Positions 9,872-17,878 of a stretch of DNA of 31,247 nucleotides are shown here, piece after piece. The position numbers were made by a program, and so were the translations under genes. The stretch is from Candidatus Heimdallarchaeota archaeon (GTDB taxonomy: Archaea > Asgardarchaeota > Heimdallarchaeia > Heimdallarchaeales > Heimdallarchaeaceae). Position 1 is the first letter of the stretch, and each line of letters starts with the position of its first letter. Where the stretch lies: assembly GCA_030668875.1 (NCBI GenBank), contig DAOVER010000032.1:1-31247 (forward strand). Direction: 5' to 3'. The notes under the pieces are model-generated. The model was not told where the DNA came from. It ran no database searches and saw nothing but the letters and a program-made list of their open reading frames with translations.

Positions 9872-12127
9872 TTATCTTTTATTTTTATGTTTTTCACTGA
9901 TTTGAAGGAGCATTTTCTTTAGTTCTTCAGGGAAATCTTCACCAGTTAATTTCTTCATCTTTTTCATCATTGCTTTGATATCCTCTGGATTCAAGCCTTT
10001 TGCTCGTTCTTTTAGATTTTCTATCATTTCTGGAGTTAAACCTTTACTAGATTGTTGTTCCATTGGAGACACACCATCCTTTTCCTTTTTCATCTTTTTC
10101 ATTTCTCTCTTTGATGGTTTTTTGCCTTTCATACCACCATGCTTTTGTCCCATTGCCATTTTATGAGCGTTGCCTTTCTTTGTTTGAATATCTTGGTCAA
10201 GTGTTTCTATCCCTAGATCTTCGGGCTTAATCATTATATCAGCCAAACCTTGATGAACATAATAGGTATTATAGAGATCAGCATAGATACCTTCTTTTTC
10301 CATCAGTTCATTATGATTGCCAAGTTCTTTGAGTTCTCCCTGGTCTAAAACTACAATTCTGTCCGCATCTTTTATTGTTGAAAGACGATGGGCTATAACA
10401 AAAGTTGTTCTTCCCTTGAACAGCTCTCTCTGTGCAGCTTGTACCAGAGATTCTGTGTAAGCATCTAATCTGCTTGTTGCTTCATCTAATACAAGGATTC
10501 TAGGATCAGCGAGCATTGTTCTTGCAACAGTAATTATTTGACGCTGTCCGGCGGAGAGCTTCTTTCCACCTTCAACAACTTGATTGTCATATCCTTGTGG
10601 TAAAGCTTCAATAAACTCATCAGCATTAATTCTCTTGCTTATATCATAAACATCTTCCTCTGTTGCATTAGGAGCTCCATATAGAATGTTCTCCATAACG
10701 GAACCTGTGAAAAGAAATGGTTCTTGTGTAACTAAGCCGATTGCTTGCCTAAGCGAGGATTGTTTGACTGATCTGATATCTTGATCACCTATACTAATTG
10801 AACCGTTATTTACATCATAAAATCTCGTTAATAGAGAAGAAAACAAAGTGGTTTTTCCAGCTCCAGTATGACCAACAACTGCAATCATTTCACCGGGTTT
10901 TGCAGAAAAACTCACATTGGTCAAAACATACTCGTTTGCTTCATACGCAAAACTCACTTTATTGAAATTAACGGTATCATCTTCAATCTGTAAATCTTCT
11001 GCATCTTCTACATCTGCAACAGCTGGTTTTGCTTCGAATATGTCTATTACTCTATCCATTGCACCTAATGCAGATTCTAGTTGTGGAAACATCATAGATA
11101 ACATTACCATTGGGAACAAGAATGACTGTGATAGTTGGAGAACTTTGAAGATGTCTCCAATACTAAAGAAAGCTGACATATTTATCCAACCACTTGCTAA
11201 GATTACAACTATGAAAACCCCGTAACCTAAAGCGGTCATCGATGGAAAAACAAACATCATAAGCATTCCAAACTGTCTTGAATATTTGTAGTGCTGGTGA
11301 TTTAATTCTCTCAACTCAGTAGCTAATTCTTCTTCTCTATTGAAGGATTTAGCAACCGCTATCCCTTCTAATCCTTCAGCCATTTTACCTGAGACGATTC
11401 CAAATGCTCTTCTTACTCGTAATACTATTTTTCGAGCAAAAAAGCTCAAGCCACCTGCCATAATGAAAATTGATGGCAATGCTCCCAAAGTCATTAAACC
11501 TATAATCCAACTAGTTATCATTAGCATTACGAAGGATGCTATGATCAATAATAGTTGTGAAACTATCGATGTAAACATCTGAAGACCTACAGCTAATTCC
11601 CCTGTATCAGCTGTAACTCTAGCTGTAATGTTTCCAGATTGTTCATTTTTAAGATAAGCCATGTCAGAATAACTTAGTTTTGTGTAGAGATCTGATCGTA
11701 CCTCATGAAGCATTTTAGAATTCATGTTAGCCATTATCCGAGTTGAAAATGAGCTAATTACCCACCCAATAGCAGTTATAACAAGGAATACTATAACTAG
11801 AATTATTAGGGTAGTATATACTGAAAAACTCGAAAGGTCTGTTACATATGAAGCATTGTATCCTTCTCTAATTATCATAGTATATGCTGAAAAGCTCGAA
11901 ATGTTTGACACATCTAAGCCATTAAGTCCTTCTCCTATTATCAGTGGATTAACAACTGTAAGAGCTGAGTACAAAATCGATATTACTACAACAAGAAATA
12001 TTTCCCAGACATATTTTTTGATGTAACTCCACAAATAGCTAAGTAAAACACGAGTAGATCTAGCTCTCTTGTATTTCTCTTTCCCAAATCGAGCAGGTCC
12101 TCTACCTGCACCTGCACCGTGAACCAT
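9872..12127 (-). CDS. Type IV ABC exporter half-transporter (TMD+NBD), TM288/LmrD-like subunit with C-terminal extension
   Basis: TM domain, then GHTGAGKT, LSAGQRQ, ILVLDEATS (catalytic Glu present) and IAHRLST. ATG overlaps the upstream stop (TAATG). Confidence 0.92.
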   Translation of the reverse strand: MVHGAGAGRGPARFGKEKYKRARSTRVLLSYLWSYIKKYVWEIFLVVVISILYSALTVVNPLIIGEGLNGLDVSNISSFSAYTMIIREGYNASYVTDLSSFSVYTTLIILVIVFLVITAIGWVISSFSTRIMANMNSKMLHEVRSDLYTKLSYSDMAYLKNEQSGNITARVTADTGELAVGLQMFTSIVSQLLLIIASFVMLMITSWIIGLMTLGALPSIFIMAGGLSFFARKIVLRVRRAFGIVSGKMAEGLEGIAVAKSFNREEELATELRELNHQHYKYSRQFGMLMMFVFPSMTALGYGVFIVVILASGWINMSAFFSIGDIFKVLQLSQSFLFPMVMLSMMFPQLESALGAMDRVIDIFEAKPAVADVEDAEDLQIEDDTVNFNKVSFAYEANEYVLTNVSFSAKPGEMIAVVGHTGAGKTTLFSSLLTRFYDVNNGSISIGDQDIRSVKQSSLRQAIGLVTQEPFLFTGSVMENILYGAPNATEEDVYDISKRINADEFIEALPQGYDNQVVEGGKKLSAGQRQIITVARTMLADPRILVLDEATSRLDAYTESLVQAAQRELFKGRTTFVIAHRLSTIKDADRIVVLDQGELKELGNHNELMEKEGIYADLYNTYYVHQGLADIMIKPEDLGIETLDQDIQTKKGNAHKMAMGQKHGGMKGKKPSKREMKKMKKEKDGVSPMEQQSSKGLTPEMIENLKERAKGLNPEDIKAMMKKMKKLTGEDFPEELKKMLLQISEKHKNKR

Positions 12128-13992
12128 TATGCATTACCTCCCATTGAAGTATCATTATTTTGACGCTCGTTCTCAGTCATGGGTAAGTGTTTGCACATAA
12201 ACTGGTAATCTGGACTAGTTTTTAGTAATTCTTTATGTTTACCTATACCAATAATAGAGCCTCTTTTCATAAATATTATAATGTCCGCTGCAACAAGAGT
12301 GGTCAGTCTTTGTGTGACCACAATGCTTGTTCGATCCCTCATTAATTCATCCATGGCATATCTAAGACGAAGCTCAGTTTTGATATCTACTGCACTTGTA
12401 CTATCATCTAAAAGAAGTATTCTTGGATTTGATAACATAGCTCGCGCAATAGCTACACGTTGTCGTTGCCCTCCTGATAAAGTAACACCACGTTCTCCTA
12501 TTACAGTGTCATATCCTTCAGGGAGCGAATCTATAAATGTAGCAATTTGAGCTCTCTCAGCAGCTTTTCTTATTTCTTCAGAAGTAGCATCAGGTTTTGA
12601 AAAAGTGATATTAGCTTTGAGAGTATCAGAAAATAAGAATATATCCTGTTCTACCATTGTTACATTGGATCTAACATAGTTTGTATGCATTGATTCAATA
12701 GAAACGCCACCAACATTTATTGTACCTTCTGTCGGGTCATATAATCTCAAAATCAATTTAAGAATTGTTGACTTTCCAGATCCAGGGCCCCCAATTAGTG
12801 CTACTCTTGCACCTGGAGGAATACTAAATGAAACATTTTTCAATACAAGTTTTTCTGTTCCGGGATAAGCAAAACTAACATTATCGAATCCTACAGTTTT
12901 ATCCCAATCAGCATCTTGTGGAGTTTTTGGTTGAACTAATGGATCGTTGAAATCCATGACATTCCATAAACGTTTTGCGTTCTGTAAACCTGCTTGAAGA
13001 TTTATCAAGTGAGCTGGAATCATGAAATTTTGTCTGTTCAAATTCAGAAGTAAACCCAAAATAGATATGAGAACACCTGCACCTAGTAACCCATAGTTTC
13101 CTTGTATGACATTGTATAAACCATAGGCAAACGCAGCAGCAGTAATAATAATTGTTATGAGAGCTGGCCAATAAAATGAACTGAGATAACCTTCCCTTTT
13201 CATATCTGTAGCATATTCTTCACTTACATGGTTAAATTTTGTAATTTCTTTTTCATGATTGTCGAAAGATCTTACAGTATCTACTCCTTTAAACATCTCT
13301 TGTGAGACTGCAGAAAGATTTCCTAGATCTGTAGCTAGTTTCTTTCTTATCGGTCCTACACGTTCAGCATAAAACCAAGCTATTATGAAATAAACCACAA
13401 AAGCTGCTGCTAGAACTGTTCCGATTATCCAATCGTATTCTATCACAAGATATGTGGTTATGACAATTGTAAAAAATGAATTAAGTAGATGTCTAAATGA
13501 TGGGTGCATTGCTAATCTTATTTGGTTTACTTCATTCATACCCATTGATAATACGACCCCAGAATCATTCACATCAAAAAAAGCCATAGAATGTTGTTGA
13601 ATAACTTCATAGAATTCTTGTCTTATATCTCGTTGAAATCTGAAAGAAGTATCAGCCCAGATATAAATACTTCCACTTGAACCTACAAAACCTATTGCAA
13701 TATAAACAATCATCCAAATTATAGTTGTAATGAAATCACTAGAAAATATTGTAAGATTCTCGCTTACATTATAAGATAAAATTCCCACAACATTACCTAC
13801 AAGCGCCACAGTTTTAGCTGAGGTGAATGCACTTCCTGCCATCAATATGGTTGCGATTAGATATCGAATAGGATAGCGCAACAAAGCTGACCAAAACCAT
13901 CGGGTTTCTGTTTTATATTTTTTCAAGATCTCTTGTTGAATATTATCATTATAGTTCATTCCATTATCGTTTGTTACTGTTTGAACTGCCAT
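12127..13992 (-). CDS. Type IV ABC exporter half-transporter, TM287/LmrC-like subunit (degenerate site)
   Basis: TM domain, then GGPGSGKS, LSGGQRQ, ILLLDDSTS (Glu to Asp) and VTQR (His to Gln), the typical degenerate partner of a heterodimeric exporter. GGAG precedes the ATG. Confidence 0.92.
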   Translation of the reverse strand: MAVQTVTNDNGMNYNDNIQQEILKKYKTETRWFWSALLRYPIRYLIATILMAGSAFTSAKTVALVGNVVGILSYNVSENLTIFSSDFITTIIWMIVYIAIGFVGSSGSIYIWADTSFRFQRDIRQEFYEVIQQHSMAFFDVNDSGVVLSMGMNEVNQIRLAMHPSFRHLLNSFFTIVITTYLVIEYDWIIGTVLAAAFVVYFIIAWFYAERVGPIRKKLATDLGNLSAVSQEMFKGVDTVRSFDNHEKEITKFNHVSEEYATDMKREGYLSSFYWPALITIIITAAAFAYGLYNVIQGNYGLLGAGVLISILGLLLNLNRQNFMIPAHLINLQAGLQNAKRLWNVMDFNDPLVQPKTPQDADWDKTVGFDNVSFAYPGTEKLVLKNVSFSIPPGARVALIGGPGSGKSTILKLILRLYDPTEGTINVGGVSIESMHTNYVRSNVTMVEQDIFLFSDTLKANITFSKPDATSEEIRKAAERAQIATFIDSLPEGYDTVIGERGVTLSGGQRQRVAIARAMLSNPRILLLDDSTSAVDIKTELRLRYAMDELMRDRTSIVVTQRLTTLVAADIIIFMKRGSIIGIGKHKELLKTSPDYQFMCKHLPMTENERQNNDTSMGGNA

Positions 13993-14047
13993 CGTACTAT
14001 TGCTCCTTTGTCATTGTTAATTCATTGTTTTATCGTAATTTGCGTAA

Positions 14048-15043
14048 TTATTTTATTTTCTCCAAAATTCTTGTTATCTCATTTTTATGCTCAGATAATT
14101 TGGTTTTGAGAAACTCTTTTGTCATTTTTCTCTCCTCTTCACTTTCCAACCTTTCTAAAAATTGAGGAATCATTTCAGGTTTTTGAAGTAAGAAGTGAAT
14201 ATTCGGTAGAGATAAACCATATTCCATCATCATGTGTGCAAATGGTCTTCGTTTGTGCCTTCCTCTTCTCATCATTATTTTCTTCCTTTGCTCATGTGGA
14301 ATATCACTTGCCAATCGTCTAAACAGCAATCTAAAAGGATTTATCACACCAAAGTCAGAATACTCCTTTCTCATTACTTTATGTGCTTCAACTCTGAAAA
14401 TGAAAGACGTAATGTCTATCATGGATAGAATTGATATATTTAGAGCTTTTCGTCCCAAATCTGTTATTCCATAAATTTTCTTGAGTCTTCCACCATCAAT
14501 ATTTTCAGCCTTTAATTCGATGAGACCATTTTTTTCGAGAGAATCAATTGCTGGGTAAATTCCACTTATGTTTGACCAAATTTCTGTGGTTGACTCTATT
14601 TCATGTTTTGTTTTTTCAAAGTTGGCGATCACTCCATCTAGGTATTCTAACTCATGTTCAATTGAAATGGAAGAATCTCTATTCAGAATTCTATTGATGT
14701 TAGGGTTTAATTTTAGGATTAAACATTTCTCTAGAGATTCTTCAATTTCTTGTTTCTTCCTGTTATATTCATCTGAATCTAACTCCAGTTTGTTTGCTAA
14801 ATGATGTATTTTTAATAGGTGTACGAGGTGATTCTCAACAAACTCAATTCCTTCTCGCTTATGTTTGAACAGAATATCAGAAGCTTTGGATCGGATTTCA
14901 TATGCATGATCACCTTCCTCAGTTCTAGCAAGATGAACTAGTATTGCGATTTCGCCTAGCCTTCTAGCTAGTTTTTCTTCAAATTTACTTGCTGCATCTT
15001 CCTTAAATTTACCTTTGTTTTCTGGTCTATTTCTTCTACTCAT
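14048..15043 (-). CDS. PadR-family transcriptional regulator with a large internal insertion
   Basis: AILVHL...HAYEI and SGIYPAIDSLEKNGLI...RLKKIYGITDLGRKAL are PadR wHTH motifs, here about 110 residues apart. Lies directly upstream of the ABC exporter pair. Confidence 0.8.
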   Translation of the reverse strand: MSRRNRPENKGKFKEDAASKFEEKLARRLGEIAILVHLARTEEGDHAYEIRSKASDILFKHKREGIEFVENHLVHLLKIHHLANKLELDSDEYNRKKQEIEESLEKCLILKLNPNINRILNRDSSISIEHELEYLDGVIANFEKTKHEIESTTEIWSNISGIYPAIDSLEKNGLIELKAENIDGGRLKKIYGITDLGRKALNISILSMIDITSFIFRVEAHKVMRKEYSDFGVINPFRLLFRRLASDIPHEQRKKIMMRRGRHKRRPFAHMMMEYGLSLPNIHFLLQKPEMIPQFLERLESEEERKMTKEFLKTKLSEHKNEITRILEKIK

Positions 15044-15106
15044 GGTCTCACGCGACTACATAGCCATATTTCTTAGTTTACAAAACCACTTCTGTTAAAA
15101 AGTGGC

Positions 15107-15126
15107 ATATTCAGATTTCTGAATAT
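15107..15126. promoter_or_regulatory. Candidate PadR operator palindrome
   Basis: Perfect ATATTCAG-ATTT-CTGAATAT inverted repeat between the TATA-like box (15141-15152) and the PadR start codon (15043). Confidence 0.5.
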
Positions 15127-15140
15127 TATGAAAAAAGTAA

Positions 15141-15152
15141 TATTTATAAATA
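15141..15152 (-). promoter_or_regulatory. TATA box of the padR-ABC operon
   Basis: TATTTATAAATA containing TTTATAAA, about 100 nt upstream of the padR ATG. Confidence 0.45.
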
Positions 15153-15189
15153 TAACTATCTGACGAACTCTAAAAAAGTTAAGAAGAGA

Positions 15190-15975
15190 TTATTCTACAT
15201 CAGGGATGTAAGGTTCTTCATCTTTGATTAGTTCAACAATTTCACTATAAGCCTGTTTAACTTCTAACTCCTCACCTATTAGTAAGAAATGTAAGGAACC
15301 TTCACCATCTCCTACTCCACCGGAACCGATGTGAAAAATAGTTAATTCAGGATAGAGAACGTCAAAGGCTTCCAACTCTGTAAATACTTCTCCAGGAATA
15401 GGCATTATACCTATAGGGAGACCCATACAATACTCTGGATCTACTGTTTGATTTCCGAGTATTTGGGAGAGTTCCCAGACACTATCATCTATTGTTCTTG
15501 AAAGACTGATTGGTACAATTATACTTATACCCCTAGCTGTTGCATGTGGTAATATTCCACCAATTGTTCCTCCTTCCGGATGGGCCATATAGACTCCAGC
15601 AATACCATCTGTACCCAAAGTATTTCCTCCTTTAAAGACAATATCACCAGGTTTGAAATTCTTGAGTTCTTCATGAAGAGAATCAATCTCTCTTTTTACT
15701 CCTTTATCAAGAACAACTTCTTTCAAACGTTTTTCTCCCTTCAAACCTCCATATCTATAGAGATTTTCTTTATCACCAGTCATCTGACCTGCAACATAAT
15801 GGCGTTTTTCAAAAGGGACACCAGTTAGTTCTTCTAATACATATGCAGTAGTTGAGCCTCTAGAAACAAATATTTTTCCTTCATCGAGAGCATATTTCAC
15901 TTCAGGATGTTCTTTTAATCCTCTAGCAATTAACCTTTTGCACTCAGAATGAGTTAATACAATTAAAGCGCGCAT
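15190..15975 (-). CDS. Conserved hypothetical protein (possible NagB/RpiA/CoA-transferase-like fold)
   Basis: 261 aa, Gly-rich motifs (RGSTTAYVLEEL, GDIVFKGGNTL, HPEGGTIGG, IGSGGVGDGEG) that read like a conserved soluble family. The fold guess is weak. Confidence 0.6.
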   Translation of the reverse strand: MRALIVLTHSECKRLIARGLKEHPEVKYALDEGKIFVSRGSTTAYVLEELTGVPFEKRHYVAGQMTGDKENLYRYGGLKGEKRLKEVVLDKGVKREIDSLHEELKNFKPGDIVFKGGNTLGTDGIAGVYMAHPEGGTIGGILPHATARGISIIVPISLSRTIDDSVWELSQILGNQTVDPEYCMGLPIGIMPIPGEVFTELEAFDVLYPELTIFHIGSGGVGDGEGSLHFLLIGEELEVKQAYSEIVELIKDEEPYIPDVE

Positions 15976-16035
15976 GAAATATATTCAGAGGTTAATTAAT
16001 AAAAACATTTCTTCAAAAGAAAAAATAAAAGGTAG

Positions 16036-16569
16036 CTACCAATTATCACTTGATGTTGGCGGTCTACCATGTGTCTGTAAGAACAGGTTGTATTTATTAG
16101 CAGTCCTATAAGCATCGATATGAGCGTATAAAGCTATAACGACTGCACCTATGCCACCTATAGCCATAAGTGCTATGGCTAAACCAAAGTTATAATACCA
16201 ATCAATTAGTATAAAAAACCCTCCATAAGTAACTCCAATACAAGCTACAGCACCAAAAAACAGACCAATACCTTTACCTGGTTTCCCTGCATATATATGC
16301 CCTGAACCCAACATTACAAACCACGACAAAATCACCGCAAGAGCAGGTTCTTTTCGTTTATGATAGTGTGTTGGGGGAGGAGTAAAAGGTTGTGTTCCTG
16401 AATATTGAGGTGTTGCTTGTGGATAAGGACCACTATGTTGCTGAGGAGCTGAATATTCTGGTTGATATTGAGCTTTAGCAGGTTGAGCAGCTAGTTCAGT
16501 ATCTGTTCCACAATTTTTACAATATTTTGTTCCATCAGGTAAATAAGCACCACAATTGTTACAATACAT
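16036..16569 (-). CDS. Zinc-ribbon + Gln/Pro-rich linker + TM2-like membrane protein (paralog 1)
   Basis: CNNC-x10-CKNC, QP-rich linker, KEPALAVILSWFVMLGSGHIYAGK TM2-like motif; GGTGG precedes the ATG. Confidence 0.8.
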   Translation of the reverse strand: MYCNNCGAYLPDGTKYCKNCGTDTELAAQPAKAQYQPEYSAPQQHSGPYPQATPQYSGTQPFTPPPTHYHKRKEPALAVILSWFVMLGSGHIYAGKPGKGIGLFFGAVACIGVTYGGFFILIDWYYNFGLAIALMAIGGIGAVVIALYAHIDAYRTANKYNLFLQTHGRPPTSSDNW

Positions 16570-16588
16570 TTAACCACCAAACAGTATG

Positions 16589-16630
16589 TGTTCGCGTCAT
16601 TAAGGTTAGTACTATTTAATAAAGTTATTC
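16589..16630 (-). promoter_or_regulatory. Promoter of paralog 1 (BRE/TATA-like 19-mer plus conserved ACGCGAACA)
   Basis: Minus strand GAATAACTTTATTAAATAG (16612-16630), 14-nt gap, ACGCGAACA (16589-16597). The same arrangement precedes paralog 2. Confidence 0.55.
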
Positions 16631-16695
16631 TAAAGAAAGATGGGAAAAAGAAACTTGTAGATTCTTACTTTTAAATCTTTAAAAGGTAATTAAGT

Positions 16696-17187
16696 TCACC
16701 ATTTATCTCCTGATGTGGGTACTCTGCCATGAGTATCAATAAAACTGTTATATTTCCTTACTTGCACATACGCATCTATTACACACCACAATTGGACTGC
16801 AAAAACTACAGGGATGATCCAGAACACTATGAATGGGTCATAAGTCGTAAGAACTAAAATTACTATAAGAACACCTAAAGACACAATTCCTCCAATGAAA
16901 GCGAATCCTCTACCCACTTTTCCAGCATACATCTGGCCAGATCCCAACATTACAAACATCGATAGAAGTACTGCTACAACAGGAGTTTTGCGTGAAAGAT
17001 GAGCTCCTTGTATTGGTTGAGCATAAGCTGGTTGTTGATAAGGACCACTATGTTGTTGAGGAGCTGAATATTCTGGCTGAGAGTGAGATTTAACAGGTTG
17101 AGTTGCTAAACCACTATCAGCACCACAATTAGAACAAAACCTTGTTCCTTCAGTCATTATAGAACCACAGTTATTACAATACGACAT
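16696..17187 (-). CDS. Zinc-ribbon + Gln/Pro-rich linker + TM2-like membrane protein (paralog 2)
   Basis: CNNC-x10-CSNC, QP-rich linker, KTPVVAVLLSMFVMLGSGQMYAGK; GGTGA precedes the ATG. Confidence 0.8.
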   Translation of the reverse strand: MSYCNNCGSIMTEGTRFCSNCGADSGLATQPVKSHSQPEYSAPQQHSGPYQQPAYAQPIQGAHLSRKTPVVAVLLSMFVMLGSGQMYAGKVGRGFAFIGGIVSLGVLIVILVLTTYDPFIVFWIIPVVFAVQLWCVIDAYVQVRKYNSFIDTHGRVPTSGDKW

Positions 17188-17207
17188 TTAATCACCAATT
17201 TATTATT

Positions 17208-17249
17208 TGTTCGCGTTAGAAACATCAATGCTATTTAATAAAGTTATTC
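17208..17249 (-). promoter_or_regulatory. Promoter of paralog 2 (same 19-mer plus ACGCGAACA)
   Basis: Identical 19-mer (17231-17249), 14-nt gap, ACGCGAACA (17208-17216). Confidence 0.55.
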
Positions 17250-17364
17250 CAATGAAATCTCAGAAGAAGAAAAGGGAGTAGATCTTTTTTCTTTCATTTT
17301 GTTACAGCACACTTTTAATATGTTATTCAGTATTCTATTCTGAGAATAAAAAGATGGAATTAAA

Positions 17365-17820
17365 GTGAATTTAAATATAAAATCTAGGTTAAAAAATCAG
17401 GGAATACCTTCCAAACCACCGTTGTTACGTTTTACAATTATAGATTTAAGCGGGGTTACAGTTTATCATAGAACTTACGTAAGTGAAGTTCTAGATGAGG
17501 TATTGTTTTCAGGGTTTAGTGCCGCTATGATCGCATTCTCAAGAGAATTAGGGACACAGCTCTATTGCATCAAAATGGAAGGTGTTGATTATTATTTTAA
17601 AACCAGAGGAGATTTTATCTTTGTTGTCGGCATGTATCCTCGCGTCCGTTCCCCTAGCGCCAAACGTTTCCTTAGATTAATTGACAAAGAAATCAACTGG
17701 GATGAAATAGACGGCTATCTCAACAAGGCAATTCATTTTCAAACTGAAGAATTTGAGGAAAAAGTTGAACAAACTATTTTAGATTTTCAGATTAGATTCA
17801 AACACATAATCAGAGATTAG
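17365..17820 (+). CDS. Stand-alone longin-fold protein (Asgard-type)
   Basis: FTIIDLSGVTVYHRT...DEVLFSGFSAAMIAFSRELG...LYCIKM-GVDYYF...FIFVVG: hydrophobic pattern fits the beta-beta-alpha-beta-beta-beta-alpha-alpha longin order. GTG start is uncertain. Confidence 0.65.
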   Translation: MNLNIKSRLKNQGIPSKPPLLRFTIIDLSGVTVYHRTYVSEVLDEVLFSGFSAAMIAFSRELGTQLYCIKMEGVDYYFKTRGDFIFVVGMYPRVRSPSAKRFLRLIDKEINWDEIDGYLNKAIHFQTEEFEEKVEQTILDFQIRFKHIIRD

Positions 17821-17878
17821 AATAATTCTAAACATTTAAATTTTACAAAGATAAAGTGTCTCACTGGAAGGTGACATA

